Position numbers and translations under genes: made by a program. From the human T2T-CHM13v2.0 reference genome, Homo sapiens, in NCBI RefSeq assembly GCF_009914755.1, contig NC_060931.1: a stretch of DNA of 64,000 nt. One strand, written 5' to 3'. The notes beneath the pieces are model-generated. The model worked only from the letters and a program-made list of their open reading frames with translations. It was not told the DNA's origin and did no database searches. This document shows, piece after piece, positions 46,255-61,159 of the stretch (the first letter of the stretch is position 1; the number at the start of each line of letters is the position of its first letter).

Positions 46255-46559
46255 TTGTTATTATGAAATTGGTTGGGTGATGTGTCTTATTTTCTTGTCT
46301 CCGGAAGAATTTCTGTAACAGTGCAATTAAACGTTCTTTGCATGTTTGCTAGAACTCACCTGTAAAATTGTCTGAGCAACCAAAGCCTGGTTTTTGTGTT
46401 TAGTTTTTCTTTTGTGATTGGGGAGGGGGGTTTATCGTACTGATTCAAGGTGTGAAGGTAACATCATTTTGATTTTATACATCTTCTTCAGTCCATTTAA
46501 GCATGTTACATAGCGTTGTTTGTTCTTTTCATGATATTCTTTACAGTAGTCTCCTAAAT

Positions 46560-47200
46560 GTTCCCTCTGATTCTGCCATGAGCCCCTACAATCTATTTCA
46601 ACTCAGAAGCTATAGAGTTTGTTTAAAACATGTAACATATTATGCCACCTTTCTTACTGTAAAACATCCCATGGTTTCTCATAGTATTTATAGTAAAAGT
46701 GAAATTTTTATGATGGCTTGAGAAACTTTTCCCATTAGATGCCCAAGTGCTGGTCTGGTCTGATCTTCTCATCTTCCCTTGGGTGATTCTGTGGCAGTCA
46801 CACTAGCCTCCTTGCTGCTCCACAAAAACTCCAGCATGATCCTACTTCAGGATATTTGCCATTGTTACTGCATCTGCCTGGAACCTTTTCTCCCATATAA
46901 ACATAGAGATTGCTCTTGCCTGTCCTTCAAGTCTATTCTTAAATGTCCCATTCTCTGTGAAGCTTTCCTGCCCACCCTATTTAAATTACAGACTTCACTC
47001 CCAATTCCCCATCTACTTTAAGAGTCTTCATTTATCATTCCTTGACAAACTGTAAATATACATGTTCACTTTTTTATCGTCTGTCTCCAAATACTGGAAT
47101 GTTAAGTTCTGTAATGTCAGATATTTCTGTTTGGTTCACTGGTGTATTCTTAAAGCATGTTACATACTAGGTATACTCAATGAATATTTGTTGAATAAAT
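46560..47200 (+). mobile_element. L2 LINE 3' end
   Basis: tctgcctggaacc; terminal taggtatactcaatgaatatttgttgaataaat. Confidence 0.75.
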
Positions 47201-47779
47201 ATCACATTGGGCTTATTCCAGAAATTCAAGCTTGTTTCAATAGTTAGAGCAATCTACAAATGTAATTCATTACATTAACTAATTAAAGGAGCTAAATCAC
47301 ATCACCACCACAATAATGCAGAAAACCACATTTGATACAACTCAATATTCATGTCTGCCTAACAAACATCTCATGATACTAGGAAAAGAGGAAGGGATAT
47401 ATTATTTTCATGTATAAAGCACTAACCATTGTAGCATGCCAATATACTCAAAATTCAATGAAATTCCTATCAAAATCTTAGCATTCCTCTTAGTCCTCAA
47501 CAAAGCATTTCTAAAATGTGTATAGAAGACCAAAGGGCCAAAAGAGTCAACTTCTGAAGAAGCGCAAAAAGAAAGTTGAGGAAATCTTAAAACATGTTAT
47601 TGAGCTTAAAGTTGCAAAAATAAACTCATGTACCATAATTCATGAGTAGAAAAATAGACTAGTGGAATAACATAAAAATAAAAACAATGCTTACATAAAA
47701 TGTTGTAACTGATTTGGATGTCATTAGAAATCAGTAAGTAAATAGATGGACAATGTAATGAAAGATGCTAGGCAAATAA

Positions 47780-48271
47780 TGTGGTAGGGAGAATAATGGC
47801 CCTCAAAGATGCCCATGCCTAACCCTGGAACCTGTGAATATGTTACACTGAATGCAATAAAGGCTTATCAGATGTGATTAAGGATGCAAACCGAGATGGA
47901 GAGATCTTCCTGGGTTACCCAGATGGGCCCAGTCTAATCACATGAGTTCTTAAAAATGGAGAACCTTTCTTAGCTGAGTCCAGAGAGAGATGTGACAATG
48001 AAAGAATGGTCAGAGAAATGTGACATTGCCAGCTTTAAAAAGAGAGAGGAGAGGCAATGAGAAAAGGAATGCTGATGTTCTCTAGAAGATAGAAAAGGCC
48101 AGGATATGGATTCTACCCTAGCCACCATAAAGAAACATGCCTGTCGACAACTTGATTTTAGTTCACTAAAATTCATGCCTGATTTCTGACTTGTGTACAC
48201 TGTAAGATGACAAGTTTGTGTTATTTTAGGTCACTTAGTTTGTAGAAATTTGTTACAGCAGTAATAGAACA
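47780..48271 (+). mobile_element. MLT1 LTR (MLT1C/D-like) inserted in old L1 sequence (~47200-49470)
   Basis: tgtggtagggagaataatggccctcaaagatg...gaacctgtgaatatgttac; aatttgttacagcagtaatagaac. Confidence 0.85.
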
Positions 48272-49732
48272 AGTGGTTATCCATATGAGGCAAATTAGAT
48301 TGGATACCTATCTCCAATAGAAATCAATTCAAGGTGAATTCCAGGAAAATACTTAAAACATTTAGATTAAAAATAAATGAGAATTTTTGTTACTTTTGGT
48401 AGGTCATAGAACCAAGAAAAACAAACATTAAGGAGGAAAAATGAACATATGACTACATCAAAATATAAAGCTTCTCTATTTGGAAGATATCATAAGGTGA
48501 CAAATCATAAACTGTAATATTTACAACATATATATAAGTGAATAAATATACATTTAGAATATATATGAACTCCCAAAAATCAACAGGAAAAATAAGACAT
48601 AGAACAAGCAAAATGCATAAACAAAAGAAGGCAAAACAAAAATAATGACTCATAATTATATGAAAAGAAGCTCATCTTCATAGATGAGCAGATAAATGCA
48701 AATTAAAACCACCCTGAGATGCTTTTTACATCCATGAGCCTGATAAAAGTTAGAGTCTAAAAGTAATAACAAAGATGGGAAGTAACAGAAAATCTTGTCC
48801 ATTACTGGTTAAAGTATAAACTGATACAGCTACTTTATAGAATATTACATTATAGAATAAAGTTGTGAGTATGTATATGCAGTGACTCAGCATATTCATT
48901 GCTAGTATGTACTCAAGAGAAACTTACAGGAGTGGACTAGGAAGTAAATACAAAATGATTACAACATTGTTTGTTATATCAAAAAATAAAAAAGACACCC
49001 AATTTTCCAGCAAAAAAAATAAGTAAAAATAAATCCTGGTGTATTCTAACAATGGAATAATATATAGCCATTAAAATAAATCAACTATTACTGTACATAT
49101 GAATGTAAATATCAGCAAAACATATTGTTTAGTGAAAAACTAAGAAGCTGAAGAAGAATATATACAATATGGTTACATTTATATGAAGTCCAAAAACTTG
49201 CAAAATAAAGAAATGTATTTAGAAATAGATTCACATGTGAGAAAACTAGAAGAAAATTAATGAAAGGATAAGAGGGATAGCAGTAATTCTGAGTAGTTGA
49301 GGGAATTTCAATTGGAAAAAAATAATATCATATTCTTTAAGTCAGGTAGTGGGTATTAGCATTTGTTTTACCATCGTTCTTTATTCTTATAGCTACACTA
49401 TATATTTTCAATGTATTTAATGTATTTTTTGCATAATTAAATATTATGCAATAAAAATGAGAAAACAAAAAAGTAGAAAATGATAAATTACAATAAAGAA
49501 ATGGAGAAAAAATTATAATCTAGTTGAGTAATGGTATATTACATAGCTATTTTCTTAAGTAGATGTATGTACATGATGTATGCACGATTGTACATACATG
49601 TTCTTAATTATATATAAATATATATGTACATATTTTTAATATAAAATACTAAACAAAGTACACCAAAATATTAGCTCCTATGTTAGTGAGATAATGTTTT
49701 GTTTTTTCGTATTTTAAGTTTTACATAGTAGG

Positions 49733-50113
49733 TGTATTTTTCTGTTTTCATACTGCTATAAAGAACTGCCCAAGACTGGGTAATTTATAAAGGAAAGAAG
49801 TTTAATTGGCTCACAGTTCAGCACAGCTTGGGAGGCCTCAGGAAATCTACAATCATGGCGGAAGACAAAGAGGAAGCAAGCCAGCTTCTTCGCAAGGCAG
49901 CATGAAGAAGTGCCGAGCAAAGGGGAAAGAATCCCTTATAAAACCATCAAATCTCGTGAGAACTCACTATCACAAGAACAGCACAGGGGAAACTGCCCCC
50001 ATGATTCAATTACCTCCACCTGGTCTCTCCCTTGACCTGTGGGGATTATGGGGACTATGGGGATTACAATTCAAGATGAGATTCAGGTGGGGATACAAAG
50101 CCTAACCATATCA
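49733..50113 (-). mobile_element. THE1/MSTA solo LTR
   Basis: Ends aaccatatca; TSD GTAGG at 49728-49732 and 50114-50118. Confidence 0.9.
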
Positions 50114-51135
50114 GTAGGCATGTATTGAATTTTAAACTCAGAGAAAAATACTAGTGTTTTTATAGGATTCTTACTAAAGAAAAACCAGAAAGTAATAAAC
50201 CATCTACGCTAAGACATAAAATTCAGTTGTTTAGTTACAAGATAGAATGTGGCCTTGTAAGAAAGCAAATTAACTTCTAACATACAAAGCCTTAGAGAAG
50301 ATTCAAGTGACTGACGGATCTTAAACAGAGCTATTATTACAACTCGAACTGCAGTAAAATATCCTCAGCAACATAGATGTGTGTGTTTCACTAGTCAGAG
50401 CAATACAAATTTAATGAAACTCCACTGGTGGTGTTTTTAATCAGACAATTTCTGAAGATGTCCTGGCTTATTCACAGATGCAAGCCAAATCTCTAGAAGA
50501 GTACCATAATAAGAAAAAAAAGAATACAGGCAATTGAGAGCTGTTCCAAAGTTTAGGGAGTTTTTGTAAGGAATTAATAAATAAAAATGTTCTTGAAAGA
50601 CAGAAATTAATATGCAGTTCATACTGCCAGAATTGCAGGCAATTTATCAAAGTCCCCTAATCCTCCAAAATCGCTATTTTTTTTTTGACACACACTTTAC
50701 AGTACAGAAGAAAATGTCTCCGGCAATAAATCACAAAGTTAAAATTACCTAGTCTACAATTAACTACACAGTGATGGTAAATCATTTTCTACCAAAAGAA
50801 AGAAATGTCTTGTCTATTCAGGTTCTGCTCTACTTAAAAGTTTTCCTTGTTGGCGAGCAAGTGGTTAGAAAATCATATTTTATACGTACATTCAGCTTAA
50901 CTATCATTCAGCTCAGGAAGATGACTCAGGGCCTTATCCATACCTTCAAGTTTGCTCTTAGCAAGTAATTGTTTCAGTATCTATATCAAAAATGGCTTAA
51001 GCCTGCAACATGTTTCTGAATGATTAACAAGGTGATAGTCAGTTCTTCATTGAATCCTGGATGCTTTATTTTTCTTAATAAGAGGAATTCATATGGATCA
51101 GCTAGAAAAAAATTAAGAGGAAAATCACATGGAAA

Positions 51136-51306
51136 GTTATATATTATATATCTATTATATATAATATTATATATCTATTATATATTATATATTGTATATC
51201 TATTACATATATATTATATATGTATTATATATATTATATATTATATATGTATTATATATATTATATATTATATATCTATTATATATATAATATTATATAT
51301 TATATA
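51136..51306. repeat. AT-rich (TA/TATAT) low-complexity repeat
   Basis: Direct observation. Confidence 0.95.
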
Positions 51307-51441
51307 TCATTTCCAAATTCCCCAGCGTTCATATTTGTCAGTGCAAGTAAAGAGCCTTACTGATGATGAGGTTTGAGGTATGACCATTTGGCCAGAATTT
51401 ATGAACTCTACATGTCGCTTGATGTGTGCCTCAGGGTATAC

Positions 51442-51736
51442 TTTTTTTTTTTTTTGAGACGGAGTCTTGCTCTGTCGCCCAGGCTGGAGTGCAGCGGTGC
51501 GATCTCAGCTCACCGCAAGCTCCGTCTCCCGGGTTCACGCCATTCTCCTGCCTGAGCCTCCTGAGTAGCTGGGACTACAGGCGCCCGCCACTATGCCCTG
51601 CTAATTTTTTGTATTTTTAGTACAGACGGGGTTTCACCGTGTTAGCCAGGATGGTCTCGATCTCCTGACCTCGTGATCCACCCGCCTCGGCCTCCCAAAG
51701 TGCTGGAATTACAGGTGTGAGCCACCACGCCCGGCC
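51442..51736 (-). mobile_element. AluY
   Basis: CpG-rich, ttagccaggatggtctcgatctcc; TSD agggta(t/c)actttt. Confidence 0.96.
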
Positions 51737-53542
51737 AGGGTACACTTTTAAGCAGAGACACTACTTTGAAGGTCATAAAAAATATAATAAGAGATAAGGC
51801 TAATTTCCTTTAATAATAATAAAATCCTTTAATAAAAATATAAAGGAATAATATAATAATTTTCTTTAATAAAATATAATAAGAGATAAGGCTAATTTCC
51901 TTTAATAAAATATAGTAACTACATACCAACAGAATTCCAAAAAAAGAAATGGAGAGGAAGGGAGCATGGGTCATTAATCTTGTCAAAAATATAAAATTAT
52001 ATACGAGGAATTCCTAGAAACTGTTTTCCTTGTCTGCGGCCATTGTGCTGCTGCTACACAACTACCGCAAGCAGCCCTTCACGCCCTCCTCCCAGTACAA
52101 AGCTAATTGACTTGTGAGAAATGTTAAGCTTGGAAGAGTCAGCATCGCTGCACTTATTTTTTATTCTACTCTGACATTAGAATAATCCTTGAGTGGGGGA
52201 AAGGTTAAAAACCCCCCTGGATAACTGTTACTAATTAATGATGATTGTTTTAAACAATGTTTGGATAATTTTTCCTTGTCCCTTGACATAAACTTGATAA
52301 ATAACTGAGAAGTGAGAAGGAGATTAGTGGGTTGATTAAATTCCATTCAGGTACTTAAAGTTAGCTCCAAAAATTTAGCTATTTGTAAATTGTCATGCAT
52401 TGTTAATGTATAAGAGATGTAGATTTCATTTATCTTTGGTGGAGCGAGATGAAGCAGTGAATCATTGAAGACTGAAAGAAAGAAAAAGGTCTTTTCCCTT
52501 TTCTTTAAGAAGCATCATTAGTTAAAAACATGTTAGTTGATACCAGAGAACTATATTTAAAGGGACAGCAATAAGCAAATTGATTACTCTGGTGATTATT
52601 GGAGTGACATTGCCTTTTAGTTGTACTTTCACAAAAATTCACAATATTTGCCAAAGTCAAGTTATCCATTACACTATTAATTTGTCATTCTTTTGTTTAT
52701 ATAGTCAATATCTCTATCTCAATTGGATCTATCTCAACTGCTTCTAAACAAGCCACCATAGTCTCTCCCATTTCAACAATCTCTTCCAAGTACCACTTCA
52801 TTTCTTCTTTTCATATTTTTGAAAACTTTTGAAAAACTACCTATTTTCCTCCTCCATTTCTTGTTCATTCCATTCTAGTGGACATGGAATCTGTTCCTCC
52901 TCCAAAACGGAATTTGGTCACCCTTAAATTACTAAACCCAAAACAATATGTTGTCTTTATCTTTACCTCTCTGTGGCATTTAATGATAAGACCACTACTT
53001 TCTTCTCTTTTACCCTTCTTTCTTGAATTCAGTCAGACAACGGACTTACATTTTTCGTCTTATTCTCCATCTTAGAAACCACCTCAGCTTTCTCCATTCA
53101 GCTATAAAATTGTGCTTTTCCTCAAAGATTAATCTGCCTCTCCTCTCACTCTATACTATCTCTGTTAGCTAATTTTATTTGTGCACATTGCTTATACTGG
53201 GCATTATATACACATATGCATGTGTGTACATGTGCACACACACACTGTATGTGGACATGTATATATATATATGTGTGTGTGTATATATATAGTATATATA
53301 TAAATTACAATAACATAAAGGTGGCATTTTAAATTAGTGGAAATTACCCTGATTTGATCACTACACATTCTATACATGTAAAGAAAATATCACTCTGTAT
53401 CCCAAGAATATGTACAATTATGGTTTGTCAAATGAAAAAGTTCATACATTGAAAAATTTTAGATAAATATCAAACTTTCTCTGAAACTGTAACTGTAAAA
53501 TGTAAAAAACAGTAATTGCTATATTGCTTATTTCTGAGTAGA

Positions 53543-53642
53543 AGAATATGAGACATTTCCCTAATCATTATGTGTAATTACAATTACATATATATATGTA
53601 ATTGTAATTACACATAATGATTAGGGAAATGTCTCATATTCT
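53543..53642. repeat. Perfect spacerless 100-bp palindrome
   Basis: 53543-53592 is the exact reverse complement of 53593-53642. Confidence 0.95.
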
Positions 53643-54737
53643 ATATATATAGACAGAAAGAGAGAAAATATATGAGGGAGAAAAGGAATCTTTCCATCTC
53701 CTTTGAGTTCCACGGTGTTGAGAGTCAGGACAACTGCAATTGCTTCATCATGCCTGCTTGCAATTATAGGGCTTTTGAACCATTTGTTCCCTCCTTAGAT
53801 ATCCTCATTTTTGTCAGATTCTTGCTTAGAAGTCACTCCTCCGTGGACCTCCTCTGACATATTAAACATTGCAGTCCATTATAAGCTGCAAGAGGACAGG
53901 GATTTTTGCCTGTTTTATTCCCTACTGTATCACCAGGGGCTAGAGCAATATCTGACAAACAGTGGGCATGTAATGAATATTTGTTAAGTGAAGTAATAAA
54001 TTCAATCAAATCACATCACCTGTTTAAAGCACTTCATTGGCTTCACATTGCACTTAGAATAAAGAGAAATTCTTTTTATACAATATACAATATATTTTAT
54101 ACAATATAAGTTCCTGCAGAATGCAGACACTTTCTACTTCTCCAGCCTCTTTTCGACTCCTCTCCTACTAGCTTCTGTATTTAAGCCATATTAGACCTTT
54201 CTTCAGTTTTTTATATAGACTTTGTCGCATCACACCTCAGAGATTCTGTACATGTTCTTCCTCCTGCCTAGAAAGGATCGTCCCTCCACTTTTGCCAACT
54301 AATCCCTGCTCAACTTTTCATCTCAGCAGGAGGCCCATTCTCTTTGGCAATCCTCTGGCCTCCAGCCCATTTATTATATGCTCACATGTCAACATGTACT
54401 TCGTACAGCATGTAACACAATTGCACTTTTATATTTTAACAAATTATATTTCCCATATTGAACTGTAAGTCTCCTGAAAGCAGGAATTTTGTTCTTGCTC
54501 ATCATCAACTTTTTCAACATCCAGTGCACCATTTAGAACTTAGATGTAGTCAATACAGGTTTGTGGAATGAAAGAGGAAAAGAAAGAATTAATATTCCTT
54601 TAAATTAGGATGGCAAAGATCGTATATAGAAAATTGGCTAAGTTGTGGTCCATTCATGTTTGCTCCCATTAAGGAGCACAGCTATGAAAAGGAAGGCTTC
54701 AAATTAATAACCAATAGATTTTTTTAAAAAGAAAACT

Positions 54738-55033
54738 GGCCAGGTACTGTGGTTTATGTCTGTAATATCAGCATGTTGGGAGGCCAAGGCAGGATTACTT
54801 GAGCCCAGAAATTCCAGACCAGCCTGAGAATTTGGCAAAACTCTGTCTCTACAAAAAATACAAAAATTAGCCAAGTTTGGTGGCATGTGCCTGTAGTACC
54901 AGCTACTTGGGAGGCTGAGGTGGAAGAATAGCTTGAGTCTGGGAGGTCAAGGCTGCAATGAGCTGTGATTGCACCACTGCACTCAAGCCTGGGTGGTAGA
55001 GTAAGACCCTGTCTCAAAAAAAAAAAAAAAAAA
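54738..55033 (+). mobile_element. AluJ
   Basis: Diverged full Alu, gaggtcaaggctgcaatgagc. Confidence 0.92.
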
Positions 55034-55749
55034 GAAAAATCACTAAGCAAAATAAGACATGTGAAGGATCATGTCAAAGGAAAGAAAAATTAGGGGAACA
55101 TTAAAAGCTTTCTTCCCAAGCCACTAAATCAACTTGACTAACAAAATTACCACTTGATTTAGTATTAGAAAATTACATTACATATCAAACATAAACCCAT
55201 TAATCAAATACTAAAGAAATTTCTGAGTTAAATGGTATAATGTTAGCTTATGCCAGAGCTGACCTTGAAAGATTGTTCAAATATGGCTCAGTGTGATTGA
55301 AAGTTCTGTGTGAATATGTTTTTGGAAAGATCCAACAGCAACACCTTAGTGTATGTTTTTGAAATAAAATGTATCTGAGTAGCAGCAAAGTTATTCTCAA
55401 ATTTCCATTTTATAGCTGGAGATGTTATACCGTGACGTATATGATAGGACCCAATATGGATCAATCCCTTTTAGAAGTCAATCAGGAAGAGGGGAGCAGT
55501 TAAAACAGTTGCTTGGTTTACAAACATTAGAACAATTTTCTTATTCACACCATCTGATTATTGTATGTTATTTTTTCCCCAACGTTTAGACTACACAATG
55601 AGTTAAGAATGATAAAAATAAGCTCACCAATATACTATGTACATATTTACCAAAATCTGTGCATGCTTATACATATAAACACAGCTGATAATTTATTAGT
55701 TAGGCTCATTTGTAATTTTTGTCACTATAGACCAGTTTTTTATTTAAAT

Positions 55750-57150
55750 TGAAGATTAGTATACATTTTAAATGATTAGTCAAAATAAAAAATCTAAAAT
55801 GTGCTCTAAATACCTCTTAGGTCAGAAAAAAAAAGTCAAAAGCTAGAGTATAGAGAAATTAAGAAACGCCCTAAATTTCTAATCTGACAAAAATTCATAC
55901 AAGATTTAAATATTTTAATGGAAAATAGAACAGAACTAATTATTGAAGAAATTATAGAAAGGAAACAAAATAAACAGATTATATGGAGGATTTTTAGAAG
56001 ATAAGTAAATAAATTAATATACTAGGAAAAAACAAGGGAAATATACTTGATAAATAAATACAGGTAAGAGTTCTTTTGAAATAATGATAAAATAGAAAAT
56101 CTCTGTCAAAACTAAAAGGAAAGATACATAAATATATAAATAAATGATAAAAAATGTTGCATACATATATGACTTTTTCAGAATCAAAAAATTTAAATTT
56201 CTGTAATAAAATTTAAATGTTTATAAATTTAAAAAACTAGAAGAAAGAATGTTGACTGTTCACAATACAAATAAATGACAAATATTTGAGGTGATGGATA
56301 CGCTAATTATCCTTATTTGATCACTGGGCATTGTATACATGTATCAAAATATCACTCTGTATCCCATGAATATGTACAATTATTTGTCTCAAAAACAAAC
56401 AAAAAAAAGATAATGGGAGAATGTTGAAAACTCAGAGAGAAGAGCAACTCTCACAGATAGGGATCCAGATAACATTAGCAGCTGATTTCTCAGCAGAAAC
56501 CTTGAAGGCCAGTAGGCAGTGGATTATATATTTAAAATAATGAAGAAACCTGTCAATTGAGAAATATATAGCTGGAAAACTTATCCTTCAAAAATGAAGG
56601 AGAAATTAAGACATTTCCGGATTTTTTTTTAAAACTGAAAAAAATCCATTTATCCCTGAATTTGACATTCAGGAAGTGTTAAGTCCTTCAGGTTGAAATA
56701 AATGAACTCTAGGCAATAACTATATAAGTAAATAAGCAAGCTGTATGAATATACAAAGCTCTCTGGTAAAGGTAAATACATAAACAAACATAAAAACAGT
56801 CCTATTGTAATTTTGGTTTGTAACTCTGCTTTTTATTTTCTACATAATTTAAAAGGCAAATGCATAAAATGTAATTGTAAATCTGTTAGCTGGTATACAA
56901 TGAATAAAGATATAATTTGTCACATCAATAACATAAAAAGAGTAGAGCTATATATATAGCAGTAGAATTTTGGTATGTGATTGAACTTAAGTTGAAATAA
57001 ATTCAAATTAAAATGTTATAACTCTAGGATGTTATATGTAATTCTCATAGTAACCAAAAATGAAATATACATGGAATATAAACAAAAGGAAATGAGACTA
57101 GAAACAAAATGTGTCACTACAAAAAAATCAACTAAAGATAAAAAAGAAAT
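55750..57150 (+). mobile_element. Old L1M fragments
   Basis: tttgaggtgatggatacgctaattatcc..atcactctgtatcccat (3' end); gctgatttctcagcagaaacc..aggccag (ORF1 end). Confidence 0.65.
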
Positions 57151-57909
57151 AATTGAGAAAATGATTGGCAAAAATCAGTAACTCTGACGTATTAAAACTT
57201 TCCATGCTACATAAATCTGAAAACTCTATTTCACATAAAACTGGAGCTGAAAGAAACAAATATTTACCTATAAAGTTAAAAGTTATATAGGGAACAAACA
57301 CTAATTTTTTTTAGAAAAAATTATAAAAAGAGTAAAAATATGCCTTATACTACCGTAATTTCATGTTTTACAGCTCTGGGAAAATAGAAAATAAAATGTT
57401 CTGTTAGCATGAATCCCTCTGTGCCCCCAAAAAACCCTATGGATTGCATCATTATTACCTAAAAAGTCTATTCTCAAATGCAGCAGAGTGATATTTTTTA
57501 CAAGGTAGATATTAATTTTAGATATGGAATAATATTGGTGATTTCAATTTTATAACACTGGGTTAAGATGAAAGAATGAGAAGATAAAGGTCCCTCAGCA
57601 ATATAACTCACAAACATGTTCAGAAGCAGTAAGAAGTTACATTAATTATCTTTTGAAAGTCGATAATCTACATCTTTAATGTATGCATATAGCATAGCTA
57701 ATGTACTATCCCTGGGTCCATTTATTCAATGAATAATTGCCGCTATGTGTCAGACATTTTTCTAGGCCTAGGAATGGATACATAAGTGAACAAAGCAAAG
57801 ATTCTGGTTCTTGTAGAGTTTCCATTAAAAGACAATTTAGTAAAACTTTTCTTCCCCCAAATTATAAAATCTGTAAGATGGTTTAACAACATGTGTAAAA
57901 GTCATTGTG

Positions 57910-58220
<311 letters not shown>

Positions 58221-58764
58221 TTATTTTCTACAACTTTGGTAACTTTAGCATATACCCCAAATCTGTAAGACATAATATTATAATTCAAATGCAACTCATG
58301 GCTTCTCTTTGTACTCTTTCTCTAGCTTTTGAATTATTTATTCTAATACCAGTTTTAATTCTGACACAAAATCATGGGAGTTCTAATCAAAATCCAACCT
58401 TTTATCATAAAAACTATGAAGAAATTATGAGTAGAATTTAAAAAGGAAAATAGGCCTATTAATTAGATTTGTCTTTGTAGCATTTAACTCTATAATAAAT
58501 AATATTTTATGCCTATGAGTCCCCAACAAAGCCTCCAGCTTCTATTTAGATATAAACTGTAAAAGTCACTACTGGATCCACAAGCAAGACTATGGTAAAT
58601 AAATTTCTCCACCTAACCAGCTTCTTTTACATGATGTTACATGTTTCTTTTGTTTTTTCATTTTGGCAAATATTGATTGTCATCTTCGTGTTTGTCTATG
58701 TCCTAAGTGCTGGGATACAGAATCTGAAAAGATGGACACAGGACCTGCCTTCAAGTTCACCCCC

Positions 58765-59096
<332 letters not shown>

Positions 59097-59205
59097 TAAG
59101 CAAGCCAGTTTTTAAAATGAGAACTGCAATTAGAGTTAAATGCTACAAAGACAAACTCACAGGAAGATGGGATGTAGAATAAGGCTCTCAGAATAGTAAG
59201 AGAAA

Positions 59206-59388
59206 CTATTGCTTCTTACGATGTTTGTCTTTCTTTGTATCGGTGCTCAGCTGAGTCTGCAGTGCTTCAGAGGCAGCTTTCATTTTATAAAAATCTATGA
59301 TTTCTCCTTCCAGTTGTTTTTTCTCTTCCTCGAGCTTCCTTATCTCCTCCTGTTGAATCATTTTAAGATGCTCGAACTTGTCCTGCAG
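59206..59388 (-). pseudogene. SEPTIN14P: SEPTIN14 C-terminal coiled-coil exon copy (duplicated gene fragment)
   Basis: [60 protein letters not shown]; acceptor ttcacag at 59395-59389; no septin GTPase exons in the window. Confidence 0.9.
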
Positions 59389-59546
59389 CTGTGAAACCAA
59401 TGTGCAGTTGTGACACCAAAGCAGTGTGGCTGAACACCTAAAAGAATACACTTTTTTTCTGATTATCAAACAAACCCAAATCATCACAGTAGACCACGAT
59501 CTTAATAACAATCTCAAAAACTCAGGAGTAAACACTCAGATATGGA

Positions 59547-60465
59547 ATTTTTCTTTTCTTTCTTTTTTCCTTTTATAAGATGGAGTCTCACTCTGTTGCC
59601 CAGGCTGGAGTGCACTGGTGCGATCTCAGCTCACTGCAACCGCCATCTCCCAGTTCAAGTGATTCTCCTGCCTCAGCCTCTTGAGTAGCTGGGACTATAG
59701 GCATGCACCACCACTACAGGCGTGTGCCACCACACCTGGCTAATTTTTGTATTTTTAGTAGAGATGGGGTTTTGCCATGATGGCCAGGCTGGTCTCGAAC
59801 TCCTGACCTCAGGTGATCCTCCCGCTTTGGCCTCCCAAAGACTTTTTTTTTTTTTTTAATATAGAGACAAGTTCTCAGTACGTTGCCCAGGCTGGTCTCA
59901 AACTCCTGAGCTCAAGTGATCCTCCCACCTCAGCTTCCCAAAGTGCTGGGACTGACTGGATGCAGTGGCTCATGCTTGTAAACTCAGCACTTTGGGAGGC
60001 CAAGGTGGGAGGATCGCTTGAGCCCAGGAGTTCAAGACCAGACTGGGTGATATAACACAATAGTCAACTTCAACAGGAGAGAGAATCTGTAAACTTGAAT
60101 ATAGATCTTCCGAAATTATCCAGTCAGAGGACAGAGAAAAAAAGAATAAAAGAGAGAAAAGAAGGCTGGGTGTGGTGGCTCAAGCCTGTAATCCCAACAC
60201 TTTGGGAGGCCGAGGCAGGCAGATTAAGAGGTCAGGAGTTCAAGACCAGCCTGTCCAACATGACAAAGCCCCATCTCTACTAAAAATACAAAAATTAGCC
60301 GGGTGTGGTGGCACACACCTGTAGTCCCAGCTACTTGGGAGGCTGAGGCAGGAGAATCGCTTGAACCCAGGAGGCGGAGGTTGGAGTGCAATGTGAGCCG
60401 AGACCACACATTACACTCCAGCCTGGGTGACAGAGCATGACTCTGTCTCAAAAAGAAAAAAAAAA
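59547..60465. mobile_element. Alu cluster: Alu(-) 59547-59840, left-monomer(-) 59843-59952, left-monomer(+) 59955-60052, AluS(+) 60164-60465
   Basis: Alu consensus segments in the stated orientations. Confidence 0.9.
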
Positions 60466-60469
60466 GAGA

Positions 60470-60917
60470 CAGAGAAAAGAAAGCCAACAAGACACCATTA
60501 AGCAAACCATTGTCAGGTTATGGGAGTTTGAGAAGGAAAGTAGAGAAAGGAGAATAAAGCTTATTTAAAGAATGGCTGACAACTGCCTAAATCATGGGAA
60601 AGATTTAGACATCTAAATCCATGAAGCTTAAAGATTCCTAAAGAGGTTCAAACCAAATAGATACTCACCAAGTCACAATATAATCAAATAGTCAAAAGTT
60701 AAAGAAACTTTGCAGGTCAGGACAGAATCGAATAATACATTCAAAGTGCTGAAAGAAAAAAACTGCCAGCAACTAATACTATGTCTGACAAAGCTGTCCT
60801 TCAGAAAGGAAAAAGAAATAACGTGTTTCCTCGACAAACAAAGCTGAGGGCATTCAGGACCACTAGGTCTACCTTAAAAAAATGCTTAACGGAGTTTTTC
60901 AAGTAAAAATGAATGAA
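60470..60917 (+). mobile_element. Old L1 ORF1 fragment
   Basis: atacattcaaagtgctgaaagaaaaaaactgcc; gacaaacaaagctgagggcattc. Confidence 0.7.
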
Positions 60918-61157
60918 GTTGGGAGCGGTGGCTCATGCCTGTAATCCCATTTTGGGAGGCTGAGGTGGGTGGATCACCTGAGGTCGGGAGGTCAAGACCA
61001 GCCTGGCCAACATGGCAAAACCCCACCTCCAGTAAAAATACAAAAAATTAGCCAGGTATGAAGGCCACTGAGATCGTGCCACTGCACTCCAGCCTGGGTG
61101 ACAAGAGTCAAACTACATTTCAAAAACAAAAAACAAAACAAACAAAAAAAACAAAAC
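60918..61157 (+). mobile_element. Alu with internal right-arm deletion
   Basis: Jumps from ttagccaggtatgaagg to ctgagatcgtgccactgc; (CAAAA)n tail. Confidence 0.88.
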
Positions 61158-61159
61158 TT

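Noticed and set aside
51020-51376. Ile/Tyr-rich 118-aa ORF
   Set aside because: Translation of the TA-rich low-complexity tract.
59389-59535. N-terminal part of the 109-aa ORF as septin sequence
   Set aside because: Septin similarity starts at the splice acceptor (59388); upstream residues are intronic.
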